Made by a program: the position numbers and the translations under genes. A stretch of DNA of 64,000 nt from Nitrospirota bacterium (lineage in GTDB: Bacteria > Nitrospirota > UBA9217), in assembly GCA_963741205.1 (NCBI GenBank), contig CAVUHW010000018.1, positions 1 to 64,000 of the forward strand, given 5' to 3'. Position 1 is the first letter of the stretch. The number at the start of each line of letters is the position of its first letter. Below are positions 1 to 12,339 of the stretch, one piece after another. The notes under the pieces were generated by a model. It worked only from the letters and a program-made list of their open reading frames with translations, made no database searches and was not told where the DNA came from.

Positions 1-258
1 CAATCGGAATAGTTAATCGGGTTTCGAATGTGTATCGTCGATTCCGACCGCGATTCCGATGCCGATCCCGAACATTACGGATATGTATGTATTTTCGCAG
101 CCGCAAAACCGTTGCTGGTGTAGAATGCGGCATCCGGATCAGCGGCAGGTTACCGAAACTTCCGGCGATGTCCAGCCGGGGATTCTCCAATGTGCAAGCG
201 CAGCACAATCACCAAGGCCGCGTTCCCTCATCAGACTTTATAGAAAGGTGGATACACT

Positions 259-1355
259 ATGCGGAACTCCTTGACACTTGTGGCATCGGTTCTCCTGCTG
301 ATCGCGCTCGGGGGAGGTTACCTCCGCGCTCAAAGCGCGTCCGGCCCCTGCGATCGGGCTTGTCTGGAAGGACTCGTGGATAAGTACTTGGACGCTGCGA
401 TCGCGCACGATCCCAAGCTATTGCCGCTGGCGCCGAACGTGAAGTTCACGGAAAACGGACAAAGACTGAATCTGCCCGACGCCCATTGGAAAACGATGAC
501 CGGCAAAGGGAACTACAAGTTGTTCGTCACCGATCCGGAAGCCGGGCAAGTCGCCTTTATCGGAACCATCCGCGAGGAGGCACGAACCGGCGAAGGGACC
601 GCTGCGCCCATTGCCATTCGCCTGAAGGTCCAGAACCGGCAGATCACGGAAATAGAAACCCTGGTGATTCGCCCGAACACGCCGCCCGGTGCGGGGGCCG
701 CACGCGGCGGCGTTCCCGCTGCCCCGCCTCCGCCCGGCCCGGCGGCGAACCTGGAGAAGTTGGGGGTGCCCCATCATCTGTTGACGGATGTCATTCCGCC
801 GGCTGAACGCATGTCGCGGGCAGATCTGATCAAGATCTCCAATATGTACTTCTCCGGCATGGAGAAAAATGACGGCAAGGGCGAGTATCCTTTCACCGAC
901 GATTGCGTGCGGTTCGAAAACGGCAGCCAGACCACCAGTGTTTGCGCGAGGGACAGACCCGGCCGGATCCCAAAACCGCTACCACGTACTCATCGGCCTG
1001 GGGCTGCAAGGAACAGTTCGCATCGGGATTGATCCACTTCGTGTGGCGAATTCGCGACCGCCGGTTTGTCGCGGTCGACCAGGAGCGGGGCCTTGCTTTC
1101 AGCTTCGCCTTCTTTGACCACGCCCTCGGCGCCGACAGAACCTTCAAGACGCCGGATGGCCGAACGGTGACCGGCGGGCCGCCGGATCCCTACACGTGGG
1201 AGCTTGCCGAAATGTTCAGGGTCGAGAAGGGCCAGATCCGTCGAATTGAAGCCATTCTCACGCGCGCACCCTATGGAATGAATTCCGGGTGGAGCAGTTA
1301 CGAGGACGGTATGTCCAGCGCGGCAAGGGACCTGACCAAACCCGGCGCCAAATAG
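259..1355 (+). CDS. Secreted hypothetical protein (two NTF2/SnoaL-like halves), one frameshift near 940
   Basis: Signal peptide MRNSLTLVASVLLLIALGG, then CDRACL...YLDA motif; ORFs 259-1032 and 903-1355 join into one plausible protein (RDRRFVAVDQERGL, EMFRVEKGQIRRIEA). Confidence 0.6.
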
Positions 1356-1387
1356 ACTCACAATCAAGAGGAAAGGGAGAAACATCG

Positions 1388-1939
1388 ATGCGGAAATCCA
1401 TAGTCGTGCTATTGGGCGCTGTGGCGCTTTTGTTTACGGCACTCGCAGCTAAGTCCGGCTACGCCGCCGACAGCTACGCCGAAGATCGCGCTCAGATCGA
1501 GGACCTTCAGGCCCGCTACATGTTCGCGCTCGATTTTCGGGATGCCGATGCCTATGCGTCCACCTTTTCGGAAGATGGTGTGCTTGATTACGGTGCCGGC
1601 GAATTGCGCGGCCGAGCCGCCATCCGGGATTTCATTCTCAACGGGCGCAAGAACGCTGAGGCCGAAGCGGCCAAGGATACTTCGGGACTCCGTCCCGCGG
1701 CCGGGCGTCACAACATTACGAACATCGTCGTTAAAATCGACGGCAATAAGGCGGTGGGGCGAGCCTATTGGTTTCACATGGGAAACAACAACCCCAAACG
1801 GACCGCTACCCTCGACTCATTCGGCCATTATGATGATGAAATGGTCAAGGTGAACGGGAAGTGGTTGTTCGGCAAAAGGAAGATTTACAACGAGCAGGTC
1901 GCAAACTGGGCTGCCAAGGGCAAAAACCCGGCCTGGTAA
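1388..1939 (+). CDS. SnoaL-like / NTF2-family protein with signal peptide
   Basis: RBS GGGAGA before ATG 1388; DRAQIEDLQARYMFALD, RHNITN, GHYDDEMVKVNGKWLF are typical SnoaL_4 motifs. Confidence 0.8.
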   Translation: MRKSIVVLLGAVALLFTALAAKSGYAADSYAEDRAQIEDLQARYMFALDFRDADAYASTFSEDGVLDYGAGELRGRAAIRDFILNGRKNAEAEAAKDTSGLRPAAGRHNITNIVVKIDGNKAVGRAYWFHMGNNNPKRTATLDSFGHYDDEMVKVNGKWLFGKRKIYNEQVANWAAKGKNPAW

Positions 1940-1999
1940 GCTTCAGCCTGATGCTGATCCGCAGCTCAACAGGGGAAAGAGGTGCCTGACACCATCTCT

Positions 2000-3353
2000 T
2001 CAGATTGTGGCGGGCCGGCTGTTTTCTTCGGCCGTACGTTCGTAGGCACGCAACCCGAGTCTCAGGGATAGCACACCCAGCAAGGACGACACGATGCCGA
2101 CGATGACGGCTGATGACCGCACCGCTTTGTCGTCCGCAAAATAGTAGGTCGTCAGCCCTCCTACAGCCGCGGCACCGACCGTGCCTGCCATAAAGCCCAA
2201 GATGAGGAAACAGATGGCCGTGACCTGTCCGCGCATCTCGTTGGGCGTGATCGTCTGCAGGGATGCCGGACCAAGCCCGGCGGAGAACCCGCCGAAGAAA
2301 ATCGTGCCGCCTACGCAGCCGAGCACCCAGTACGGGTTATCAATGGTATGCGCGAGAACAAGAGGAATCAGAACGAGGCACTCAGCCGCAATCATCAGCT
2401 TAATATGGACCGCTTTCTTGCCGGCTCGGATGTATCGACCCGCGAGGACGCCGGCAAGTGCGAGACCCGCCGTGCCGAAAAGGAAGTTGGTGCACCCCAA
2501 ATAGGGCCCGATCTGGGCATTGCTCCATGCATACCTGCGGGTAAACCATACCGGCACCCACCCTAACATGGCGCCGTTGGTCATCGCCCCGAAGCTGGTG
2601 CCCCCAATCAGCGACACATAAGTCGCCCAATGCTTTTTGAGATATCGAAACGTCGCCGCACTGTCAGCCTTGCCGCGCCTTTCCCTGCGAATGGGCTCCT
2701 TGATCGTCGCTATCCCCAGGACGAAGATTATTCCCGGCAATCCGACCAGGACAAAGGCCAGCTGCCAGGGTTGCAAATAGCCCAACAAGGGTACGCTCCT
2801 GGGGCCGCCCTTGAGCGCATACTGTGCCACCAGGCCCCCGCAGACATTGGAGAGGCCGGAGCCGAGCATGATGGCGGCGGCGAACATGTTGAGCGGCAGG
2901 CTCCGTTTCTCCCGCGGAAAGTAATCGGCGATCAGGGAGTAGGCGCAAGGCGCAAGAACGGCTTCGCCGATCCCGACACCCATCCGCGCAAAAAATAATT
3001 CCCAGTAGTTGGAGGCCTTGCCGCAGAGGATCGTCATGATGCTCCAGATGGGCCACGCCGAGCATGAGCATGCCTCGCCGGCTGCGGCTGTCGGCCAGCC
3101 GCCCAAGTGGTATGCCCATCGTGGCATTGCAGAGGGCAAAGGCCAGACCTTGAATCAGACTGAACTGGAAATCGTTGATATGAAAACTGCTTCGGATCGG
3201 ACCAACAAGATAGAGAATGATGGCTCGATCTACGAAGGAGAAGGTGTAGGACAGGTACAGAACGGTTACCACGTACCATGCATAGCCGGCTCGTGGATAC
3301 TCAGGCGCTGCTACGACCTGCGCGGCCGGCAACGAATTTGCAAGACTTCTCAT
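2000..3353 (-). CDS. MFS transporter (spinster-like), frameshifted
   Basis: YTFSFVDR, GRLAD..SRR, ARMGVGIGEA, SLIADYFP motifs across ORFs 2664-3398 and 2000-3139. Confidence 0.85.
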
Positions 3354-3599
3354 CAATAAAGACCTCGACGTCGACCGCATTCGCAATGAGTGCGGCACGC
3401 GGCAATGGCGTTTTGACGGCCAGATTATCCCTGTGGATGCTGCGCCTATCCTGACCCAACAGCGCCTCCATAATCAAGTATCTTCGTCGGCAAAAGCTAC
3501 GCCATGGTGTCAGGAGGAAAGGCCACTGCGCCGTCCGCTTTTTATCTCGACCCGATTCCGAACTCAAAATGCAGCGCTGTGGCGAAGCTGGGAATCAAT

Positions 3600-3842
3600 A
3601 TACTTTGCGATGTGCCGCTGCGGCTGGGATTCGGAGTCGAAAGGAAGAACTGGAGCGACGAGTTATCGCGAGGCTCAGGAAGCCGGTGGCGCAGATTACC
3701 GGAGAACGGCGATGCCTACCGGCGCGCCTATCTGCTCCTGAAGCGTCACGGCGAGGAGTTGTGCAAGGCCGCGCGTCCCCGCTGCCCTGAGTGTCTGTCG
3801 CAAGGGAGTGCGCCTATTACAGGAAGATTAGGTAAACCATAA
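3600..3842 (+). pseudogene. C-terminal fragment of an HhH-GPD / endonuclease III-like glycosylase
   Basis: RLGFG...HGEELCKAARPRCPEC matches the C-terminal FCL Fe-S motif; no N-terminal half visible upstream. Confidence 0.5.
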
Positions 3843-3997
3843 TTATCGACAGTCGTGGTCCGTGTGGTTGACAAGTCAAACTCTCCGGACCGATACTCGC
3901 GAGTTGTGGGCGCCGGCCGGCGGATGGCGCCCGTCTTATTTCCAGGAAGACGCAGGGTCGCGTCTGGCAGCCGCGACCCGCTCCTTAGGATGTGGGA

Positions 3998-5524
3998 ATG
4001 AAAAGGGACCCCTCGGTCAGAACAATTCTGGAGCCGGCCCGAGAAATCAAGGTGTGCCGCGAGGCGGATGTGGTCGTCGTGGGGGGCGGTCCCGGCGGCA
4101 TCGGAGCCGCGGTTTCAGCGGCGCGGAGCGGCGCCAGTACGGTCCTCATCGAAAGATACGGGCACCTGGGGGGCATGGCCAGCGGAGGGCTGGTCAACAT
4201 TATCCCCAACCTCAGTGACATCAGCGGGAAGCAACGGATAGCCGGACTCACTCAGGAATTGATCGACCGGTTGCACGCTCGGGGAGGAGCGTCACATCCC
4301 GGGAAGGAGCACTGGGGCACGACCGACAGAAAGATCGTCGACTACTACCTTGACGCGAATCTCGGCTGGTTCTTCATACGCAAGGATCCGAACATCGGGA
4401 ACCAGGAGCGTGTGCTGTACACGAGTGTCGTGGACCCGGAACTGCTCAAGGCGGAAGCAAACGATATGGTGGTCGAGGCAGGCGTAGACCTGTGGCTTCA
4501 TGCCTGGGGCACCATGCCTCTGATGGAAGGCAACCGAGTCAAGGGTGTGATCTTTGAGAGTAAATCGGGCAGGCAGGCAGTTTTGGCGAAAGTCGTCATC
4601 GATTCCACCGGGGACGGAGACATCTTTGTGGCCGCCGGAGCCGAGTTTGACGGGCAATTGGACCCCAAGCGAAGAACGGCGTGGCTGGCTACCGTGTTCT
4701 GGGTCGCCAACGTGGACCTGAAACGACTGGACGAGTTTAGGGCGATCCATTCAGACAAGTACACGGAATTGATGCAGGAACTCCAGAGGCTGGGCGGCCA
4801 TCCAAGGCTCTTCAAGAGTGTGCTGGCGAGTCAGGAGAACGTCGTCTGGTATCACTTCTTTCAGCCGCGTTCGGATGGGAAGACCTTCTGATGCAAAGGA
4901 CGTTCAAGAGTTGAGCCGGGTCGACGTGAGCGCTCGCAGGAGGGCTGTCACCACGTTCGAGTTCATGAAGAAGTACGTCCCGGGGTTTGAGAAGAGCTTC
5001 ATTATGCTGACGGCTCCGCAGCTGGGCATTCAGGGTGGCCGGCGAGTGATCGGGGAATATACCCTGACTGGAAAAGGATATGGAGTCGGATGAGGACTTC
5101 GAGGATACCATCGCTGTTCTGGCGAATAACGATAACGGCTCGATCTCAGCCAGGCATCCGACGATCTGCATACCCTTATCGCTGTCTCGTGCCCCGACAG
5201 GTCGATGGGTTGCTTGTGGCTTGCCGGGCGTTTTCATCGGCGGATAGCATTAACGAATACTTCAATATCATCCCGCACTGTGTATGCTACGGACAGGCGG
5301 CCGGCACGGCCGCAGCCATGGCGGCGGATGCGGGCATCGAACCCAGAAAGATCGATTACAAAGCCTTGCGTGCGAATCTCGTCAAGCAAGGCGTCACAGC
5401 CGCTCTTCTCACCGGGTTTCGTAGCGAAGCGGCGCAGACGGGCATGGATACAAGGCGCGCGACCGAGGGCTCCGCAGGCGTACTCGACAGTACGTCGAGG
5501 AGCCCGACGAGCGCAACGCAGTAG
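3998..5524 (+). CDS. FAD-dependent oxidoreductase (FAD_oxidored family), frameshifted; exact 3' end uncertain
   Basis: VVVGGGPGG Rossmann motif, ERYGHLGGM, IDSTGDGD, PYRCLVP...LLVACR, GQAAGTAAA across three ORFs. Confidence 0.85.
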
Positions 5525-5608
5525 GCAGGCCAGGATAGCCGCTGCAGTAGAAAGCCGGTGAGAAATGCGGGCTAGCAGTCGTCACAAGCTTGAATGCCAG
5601 ACGACGGT

Positions 5609-6417
5609 TTACCGCGGTTGCAAGGTTCTGTCGATCAGATTGGCGGAGAAACCGGCAGGAGGGTCCCCGACAGCTGCGTAGCGGTAGAGCGCGACCGTGA
5701 AGATTCCTTTGGCGGCCGATGTGATTGCGGCCAGTATTGCCACATACCAGACTCCGATGATGATGGCGAGGGCGCGATCGAGGCGAAAGATCAACGCCAC
5801 GATTAAGAGTCCCGGCAGAAGCAGCAACAGGGTGGACGAGTCCGAAGCCGAAGCTTCCCGCCACCTCCTCGCCAGCGCTTCTTAAAGAGATCGGCCGATC
5901 TTTGAATCGCTCTGATGCGCCCCGCTCTTCCAGGATGATTACCGGGACGATCAAGATGTGACCAGAGTCCATGCCAGCCAAGGCCGGGAGCCAGCAATCT
6001 TCCAGCAGGTTCCTGCGCCCCCGCAATGTGCTCAGAATCATCCCGGCCGTCGCAGCTACCAGGGCCCATGAGGCTATACTGCTCATGTGCCGCGCCGCGA
6101 TGCGCAGCCGTCGCGCACTCTGGGGTTACCCCCTAGGAGGCGGATATTGGCACATCCCACCAGGGCACTGTTGAAGAAGATCACAATAAAGTAATTCAGA
6201 TAATACCAACCGAAGACAACAATATAGTCATCCCAGTTCCCGGATGGTGGGCCATGGCCGCGAGACTTCCGTCTCGATAGAACGGAATCAAGAAACTGGC
6301 TGCGAGGAGGACCACTGAAATCGCGCTCAGGACAGGAAGCAGCACGATCTCAACGTCGGCGTTCAGAACGGCAAAGCTCTGTTTGTAAAGTTCCCAGGTC
6401 CTGGCCAATGTACCCAT
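5609..6417 (-). CDS. Membrane protein, DUF6159-like, frameshifted
   Basis: MGTLARTWELYKQSFAVL, LIVPVIILE..G...KRSA.LFKKRW.EE, GIFTVALYRYA pieces join over several ORFs. Confidence 0.6.
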
Positions 6418-6543
6418 CGCAGACGACCTCCGACTTGATGCTACCTCTTTGCCCGGTTTTTTATTCGAAAAAGAAAAAAGGACGACCGGATTCTGGCTCT
6501 CTCCCGCTCGTTAGTGCTATCATCGCACATTCGCGAGGATCCT

Positions 6544-8262
6544 ATGGACCACATATGCGACCAGCCTGTTTGTGATCAGTCAATCGACGGCATGGACCGC
6601 CGTCAGTTATTGCGCAGCGTTACATGTGCAGCTGGTGGAATTTTCGCGGCCCATACCTTAGCGGGACTCCACGCGGTTGCGGCCGGGATCGTGGGCGACC
6701 CCATCGTGGAGACGGCAAACGGGAAAGTTCGCGGCTTCATCAATAACGGCATTAACACATTTCGAGGCGTCCGTTACGGAGCCTCGACCGCAGGGAAAGA
6801 GCCGATTCATGGCGCCCGCGGAAGCCCGAATCTTGGGCCGGGAGTGCGGGATGCAACCGCCTATGGTTACAGCGCGCCTCAAACGAATCCGGCGAGCCCG
6901 GAGCGGAGCGGTCCACGGAAAGCCCGGTGTCGTCCATTTTGGCTGCGTCGGACGGTTATCGAATCGCACCGGCGGAAAGTGAGGATTGCTTGTTTTTGAA
7001 TGTATGGACCCGAGGGATTGGGAGCTCAGCGGAAACGGCCCGTCATGGTCTGGCTGCATGGTGGGAGGCTTCACCTCGGGCTCTGCTTCGTCTTTGCTCT
7101 ACGACGGCACGAATCTCGCCCGGCGTGGTGAAGTGGTGGTCGTTGGTGTCAATCACCGTCTGAATGTGTTCGGATACACTAATCTTGGCGACATCGGAGG
7201 GCCGGAGTATGCGCACTCCGGAAACGCGGGCCAGTTGGACATCGTTGCTGCACTGGAGTGGGTGCGCGAAAATATCGACCGCTTCGGAGGCGACCCCAAA
7301 CGGGTGATGATTTTCGGCGAATCAGGCGGCGGGGCCAAAGTTTCGATGCTCCTGGCTAGTCCTCCCGCGAAGGGCTTGTTCCACGCAGCGGTCGTGGAGA
7401 GCGGTCCCGGCGTACGCATGGGCGAGCGCAAGCAGGCAACGGAAGCGGCTGAGATTCTTGCTGGGGGAATTGGGGCTCAATGGAAGCCGGCTGAGCGAGA
7501 TACATGGCATCCCAACGGAGAAGATTCTCGCTGCCTATTTTGCGGCATGGGCTAAGCTGTCCGGGCGTGGCGGGCTGGGCAGCGGTCCGTTTGGCCCGGT
7601 GCTCGATCCGGAGGTCTTGCCGCAGCACCCGTTTGATCCTGCGGCGACCCGGGTATCGGAGAATGTGCCCCTCCTTATCGGTTATAACCGGACCGAGGCG
7701 ACCTTGTTCTCGTTGGGGAATCCCAGCTTTTCTGCTCGACGAAGCCGGGATGCGAAAACAGATCGAGCAGGTGGCGGGGAATCAGGCTGACCAGCTCATT
7801 CAGGCCTACCGCGCCGAGAATCCGAAGTTTTCCCCCTCGGAGCTATATTTTAACGTGGCCAGCTACTCGATGATGGGAGCTGGATCAGTCAAGATCGCCG
7901 AGCGCAAGGCGGCGCTTGGAAAGGCGCCGGTGTATTGTTATCGCTTTGACTGGCGCACGCCGGTCATGGATGGGAAATTGATCTCGCCCCACGGTCTCGA
8001 AATGCCGTTTGTCTTCGATAACATCGATCGCGGCGGGGAAGGCTTAACAGGCGGCGGAGAGGCCGCCAACAGGTTGGCCGCAAGAGTGAGCGAAGCCTGG
8101 ATAGCGTTTGCCTCCACCGGCAACCCCAACACCCGGAAGAGCGGCCTGCCGGCCTGGGAGCCTTACAGCGCAGCCAGGCGAGCGGTGATGATCCTGGATA
8201 ACCAGCCCCGTGTCGCCCTTGACCCGAGGAGGGAGCAGCGGGAGATTTTCGCCAACCGTTAG
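6544..8262 (+). CDS. Carboxylesterase type B (para-nitrobenzyl esterase-like) with Tat-like signal, frameshifted
   Basis: MDRRQLL; SEDCLFLNVW; NHRLNVFG; catalytic GESGGG; HGLEMPFVF; WIAFASTGNP. Confidence 0.9.
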
Positions 8263-8422
8263 GCGCCGCCTCGACTGATCATACAGAATTGCATCCCGCA
8301 GACGTCGTTTCTTCTGCTATTATGGACCTTGGTTCAATTCCCCGTGTGTGAGCTCGGTGAAATCCGGAGCGCCGAATGAGTTGCCGTTCCCCCCTCAGAA
8401 GCTGAAGGTTGCGTTGGATTAA

Positions 8423-10111
8423 GTGACGATGTATCGGCCGATGCCTGAGCTAGGGACCTTGGAAACCACGACTACAGAAGAGAGGGTGATCTCTGTCATG
8501 AGGATTGCCCTTGCATTCTCTGCCCAGTTGTTCCTCATTATCAACCCGACGAAGTCGGTCGTTCTATCCGGGCGGGTTTCTGCAGTGCTCGCGTTGTACA
8601 CTATTTACAGCCTCTTTCTTCATTACTTTGCAAAGCGTCGTCTCCAGGTCAAACAATTCTCCAAAGTATGGGCCCACTGGGTCGACGTTGTCTGGATTGC
8701 GGTTCTGGCCCTTCTTAGCAATCCGCTCGGCAGCATCTTTGTTATCGGATTCCTATTCCCTATATCGGTGGCATCCATGCGCTGGGGATTCGCCGCGGGA
8801 TTGCGCGTCACGATCGCCTCCGCGCTGTCATTTGCGGCGATCTGCTTCGTTCCGCAGCAACCACCGGCGAGGCTGCAACTGGACCAGATGAAGTCGATCT
8901 GGCTGCTCGGATTTGGCTACTTGATCGCGCATTGGGGAGAATCGGAGATCACCGTCAAGCGCCGCCTCCAGCTGCTCGATGATGTCACCGAGTACTCCAA
9001 TCCGCGTTTTGGAATCCGCCATACCGTCGGCACCATCCTGCAGCGCCTACAGGTCTATTATCGCGCCCAGTCATGCATGATGATCTTCAATGACTCCGGC
9101 GGCGGTGGATTCCGCCTGCAAAGAACGAATGACCGTAATCCGGAGGCAGTGGTACACGCCGAGCCTATCGAGCGCGAATTGGCGCTGCGCCTGCTCGAAA
9201 TTTCACCTGACATTGCCGCGGTTTACAGGGCAAGGCCGGAGGGATGGTGGCGCCTGGGCAGTATCTGTCAGACGCTGGACTTCTCGTTGACGAGGTGGAC
9301 AAAGGTGGCGCGCTCAACATTCTCGAGCCTGGCCTCCGTGCTCGATGCACAATACTTCGTGACCGTGCCGCTTCAGTACCGAAACGAAAACCTGGGGCGC
9401 CTCTACGTCGTGGCCCGGAGGCCGGTGTTTGTCCCGTCGGACATGCTCTTTCTGCACAAGCTCATTGAGCGTGCCAACCCGATCATCGAGAATATACGGC
9501 TTGTAGAGCAACTGGCTTCTCACGCTGCCGATGAGGAAAGGCGCAGGATCGCCCGGGACATCCACGACAGCGTCATACAGCCATATATCGGACTCCAGAT
9601 GGGACTGGCCGCCATCCGCGAAAAAACCAGCGAGCATTTTCCCGAACTGGCAAAACAGGTCGAGCATCTCATGGACGTGGCTCAAATCGGAATCAATGAC
9701 CTGCGCCGCTACGTGGCCGGGCTGAAGGAATCTGAAGAAAGCGGCGGCCTGTTGCCTGCCTTGCGGCGCTTTGCAGCCAAATTCAGCGACGCGACCGGCA
9801 TCGCCGTACAGATTGAAACCGAAGGCGACTTGCGCGCGAGCGATCGTCTGGCAACCGAAGCGTTCCAGATGACGGCGGAAGGGCTGAGCAACATCAGAAA
9901 ACACACCCAAGCGGCCCGCGCGACCGTGCGATTGGCCTGCAGGCTCGGCCATCTCATTCTGGAGATAGCCAATGAGGGATCGAAGCCGGGTTCCGCCCCT
10001 TCGTTCACTCCCGCTTCGATAACAGAACGTGCCGCCGCCCTGGGCGGGAAAGTGCGCATCAGATCCCTTCCCGACGGCGGAAACTCGGTGGTAATCGACA
10101 TTCCATTGTAG
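8423..10111 (+). CDS. Membrane sensor histidine kinase (TM region, GAF-like domain, HisKA_3/HATPase)
   Basis: ERRRIARDIHD H-box; EGLSNIRKH N-box; several hydrophobic N-terminal helices; intact 562 aa ORF. Confidence 0.9.
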   Translation: MTMYRPMPELGTLETTTTEERVISVMRIALAFSAQLFLIINPTKSVVLSGRVSAVLALYTIYSLFLHYFAKRRLQVKQFSKVWAHWVDVVWIAVLALLSNPLGSIFVIGFLFPISVASMRWGFAAGLRVTIASALSFAAICFVPQQPPARLQLDQMKSIWLLGFGYLIAHWGESEITVKRRLQLLDDVTEYSNPRFGIRHTVGTILQRLQVYYRAQSCMMIFNDSGGGGFRLQRTNDRNPEAVVHAEPIERELALRLLEISPDIAAVYRARPEGWWRLGSICQTLDFSLTRWTKVARSTFSSLASVLDAQYFVTVPLQYRNENLGRLYVVARRPVFVPSDMLFLHKLIERANPIIENIRLVEQLASHAADEERRRIARDIHDSVIQPYIGLQMGLAAIREKTSEHFPELAKQVEHLMDVAQIGINDLRRYVAGLKESEESGGLLPALRRFAAKFSDATGIAVQIETEGDLRASDRLATEAFQMTAEGLSNIRKHTQAARATVRLACRLGHLILEIANEGSKPGSAPSFTPASITERAAALGGKVRIRSLPDGGNSVVIDIPL

Positions 10112-10147
10112 CCATAGCCGGTTGCAGCAATCATTGCGAAGGCGCTC

Positions 10148-10882
10148 ATGACAAAAGATGATGAGATGGATTCGGACGAGAAGCTCAATGAGCTCGAAAT
10201 CCACCCCATTCGGATCGTGATTGTGGACGACCATAAAGTCGTTCGAGAGGGCTTACGCATGCTCATCGGAACTCAGGAAGACATGGAGGTCGCTGCCCTC
10301 GTGGGAACCCTCGCCGAAGCCCTCGCGGCGATAGGCCGTGAGAAGCCCGATATCGTCTTACTGGATCTTGATCTTGCAGGCATCAACATCGTCGAGCGGC
10401 TGCCCGAGATTCTGTCGGCCTCACGGGGGACAAAGGTTCTTGTGCTGACCGGGATCCGCGACGCTCAAGAGCACCGCCGCGCCCTGCGGCTCGGCGCCAT
10501 GGGGCTGGTTTTGAAGGACCAGGCAACGGACACCCTGCTGAAGGCAATCAGGAAAGTCAACGCAGGCGAAGCCTGGATCGACCATTCGATGACGGTGAAC
10601 CTCCTCTCTGAATTCAGGGGTGTCGGCGATAAGAAAGATGTCGACCCTGAAGCCGCCAAGGTCGCCATGCTCTCCAGGAGGGAACGGGAGATCGTCACGG
10701 TGCTTTGTGAAGGGCTGAGCAACAAGCAAATCGCGAAGCGGCTGTTCATCAGTGAAATGACCGTACGCAATCACGTCACATCCATTCTCGCCAAGCTGGA
10801 ATTATCGGATCGTTTCGAGCTGGCGATCTACTCTTACCGGCACGGCCTCGCCAAGCCTCCCCATGTGGGCTGTAACAATTGA
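10148..10882 (+). CDS. NarL/LuxR-family response regulator
   Basis: IVIVDDH, DIVLLDL receiver; LSRREREIV...SNKQIAKRLFISEMTVRNHV HTH. Confidence 0.95.
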   Translation: MTKDDEMDSDEKLNELEIHPIRIVIVDDHKVVREGLRMLIGTQEDMEVAALVGTLAEALAAIGREKPDIVLLDLDLAGINIVERLPEILSASRGTKVLVLTGIRDAQEHRRALRLGAMGLVLKDQATDTLLKAIRKVNAGEAWIDHSMTVNLLSEFRGVGDKKDVDPEAAKVAMLSRREREIVTVLCEGLSNKQIAKRLFISEMTVRNHVTSILAKLELSDRFELAIYSYRHGLAKPPHVGCNN

Positions 10883-11002
10883 AATCTCTCGCACACACGC
10901 ACCCGCTGGGTCGCGGCTGCCGAGGCTGTCTCAAAAGCTGACGCTGGTACGAGCCTTCAGCCCTTTTATAGCTATTGGCAAATTCCTGGAGCTTGGCCCC
11001 AT

Positions 11003-11190
11003 AATATCGAATATCCAACAACAAATTTCGAATTATGAAGCTTCTCGACTCTTCTGTCTCGCAGTCTTGACCTGGCCACAAACATCGAGATTAATAGGTT
11101 GTTTTCATCAATCAAAATCAGTCTATCTTCAAGATCGAATGTCCCGGGCTCTTTCGGCCTTCAATATTCCTTGTTCGACATTCGATATTC
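11003..11190. repeat. AT-rich short-period inverted repeat element (MITE-like)
   Basis: ATCGAATATC at 11006, ATCGAATGTC at 11134 and its exact reverse complement at 11177; the ends 11003-11040 and 11160-11190 are roughly inverted. Confidence 0.4.
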
Positions 11191-11230
11191 TCGTTTTGGA
11201 TGCGTACTTGTTCGGCAAGTTAACGCTTAT

Positions 11231-11415
11231 GGGGCTTCGCCCCAGGCGATATAGTGCTCTCAAAACCATTTCAAACCCACATCTTGAGGGCTGAAAGCGC
11301 GTTCATATATCAGCCTGGGGCGAAGCCCCAGGTTTGTACAAAGACCAGGAATCAAGGCCTGAAGGCCCGCTCGATAGGGTTTTGAGACAGTTTCGCCCGG
11401 ACGTAACCCAGGGTT
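11231..11415. repeat. REP-like palindromic cluster
   Basis: GGGGCTTCGCCCAGGC, AGCCTGGGGCGAAGCCCCAGG, GGCCTGAAGGCC and GGGCTGAAAGC hairpins in an intergenic region. Confidence 0.5.
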
Positions 11416-11482
11416 TGGACTCTGTCGAGTTTGTTGATTCAGGGGATGGCGCCGCTTATAGTGGGTGCCAGAGGATACCGCT

Positions 11483-12339
11483 ATGACCAAAGGGAGCTGG
11501 AATCTGCCGATTGGGTTGCTTCTGATCTGCCTTCTTTTGGCTCCGCCCGTGAGAGCGCAACAGTCGTCGACGGACGATCTGAGGAAGGAAATCCAGGCGT
11601 TGAGCGAGACTGTAAAGTACATGCAGAAGGATCTGCAGGAAATCAAGGCGCTATTGCGGGCCGGGCGCCGGCCGCTGCGCCCGAAAAGGCTGTGCTGGAC
11701 CTCGGCAACAGTCCTTCCCGGGGAGAGCGCACGGCCAGACTCACTCTGATCGAATTTTCAGACTATCAGTGACCCTACTGCGCCAGGCACGTCCGTGAGA
11801 CGGCCCCACAGATCGAAAAGGAGTACATTGAAACCGGAAAGCTCAGACACGTCTTCATGAACTTTCCGCTGGAATCGATCCATAAGTTGGCCTTCAAAGA
11901 AGCGGAGGTGGCCAACTGCGCGGGAGAGCAGGGGAAGTACTGGGAGATGCACGACCGGCTCTACGCCAATCAGCAGGCATTCGAGCCATGGACCGCGCAT
12001 GCCATGGCCGTCGGTGTTGACCTTGCCAGGATCGAGTCGTGCCTGAGCAGCGGAAGACAGGCGGCGGAAATCCGCAAAGACATGGCGCAGGGGCAAAGGG
12101 CGGGCGTCACGAGCACACCCTCATTCCTCCTCGCCTACACCGATCCGAAAAGCTCGCAGGTGAAGATAGAAGTCAGACTGATAGGCGCACAGCCTTATGG
12201 CACATTCAAGGATGCCATCGACAAGCTGCTGGCCGCGCAACAGGCAGTCGCACGCCCCGAGATGCGGGCAATGATGAATAAGATGTTTCGCAGTGAGGTC
12301 AGTGCCGCAGGAGCGCCATCGCAATCTCAAAAACAATGA
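11483..12339 (+). CDS. DsbA-like thioredoxin-fold protein, probable selenoprotein (UPYC), one frameshift near 11665
   Basis: Signal peptide plus coiled coil; EFSDYQ-TGA(11770)-PYC reads in frame into ORF 11857-12339 (FPLESIH, GKYWEMHD, GVTSTPSF). Confidence 0.85.
11791..11804 (+). promoter_or_regulatory. Candidate bacterial SECIS hairpin
   Basis: G-T(bulge)-CCGT-[GAG]-ACGG-C; the G-starting apical loop begins 25 nt after the in-frame TGA. Confidence 0.55.

Noticed and set aside
4889-4891. TGA in the FAD oxidoreductase as selenocysteine
   Set aside because: It is not at a Cys position, and homology continues in another frame.
9314-10266. Long antisense ORFs (also 29220-30239, 46648-47775, 51895-52911)
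   Set aside because: They are shadows of GC-rich genes and have no recognisable motifs.
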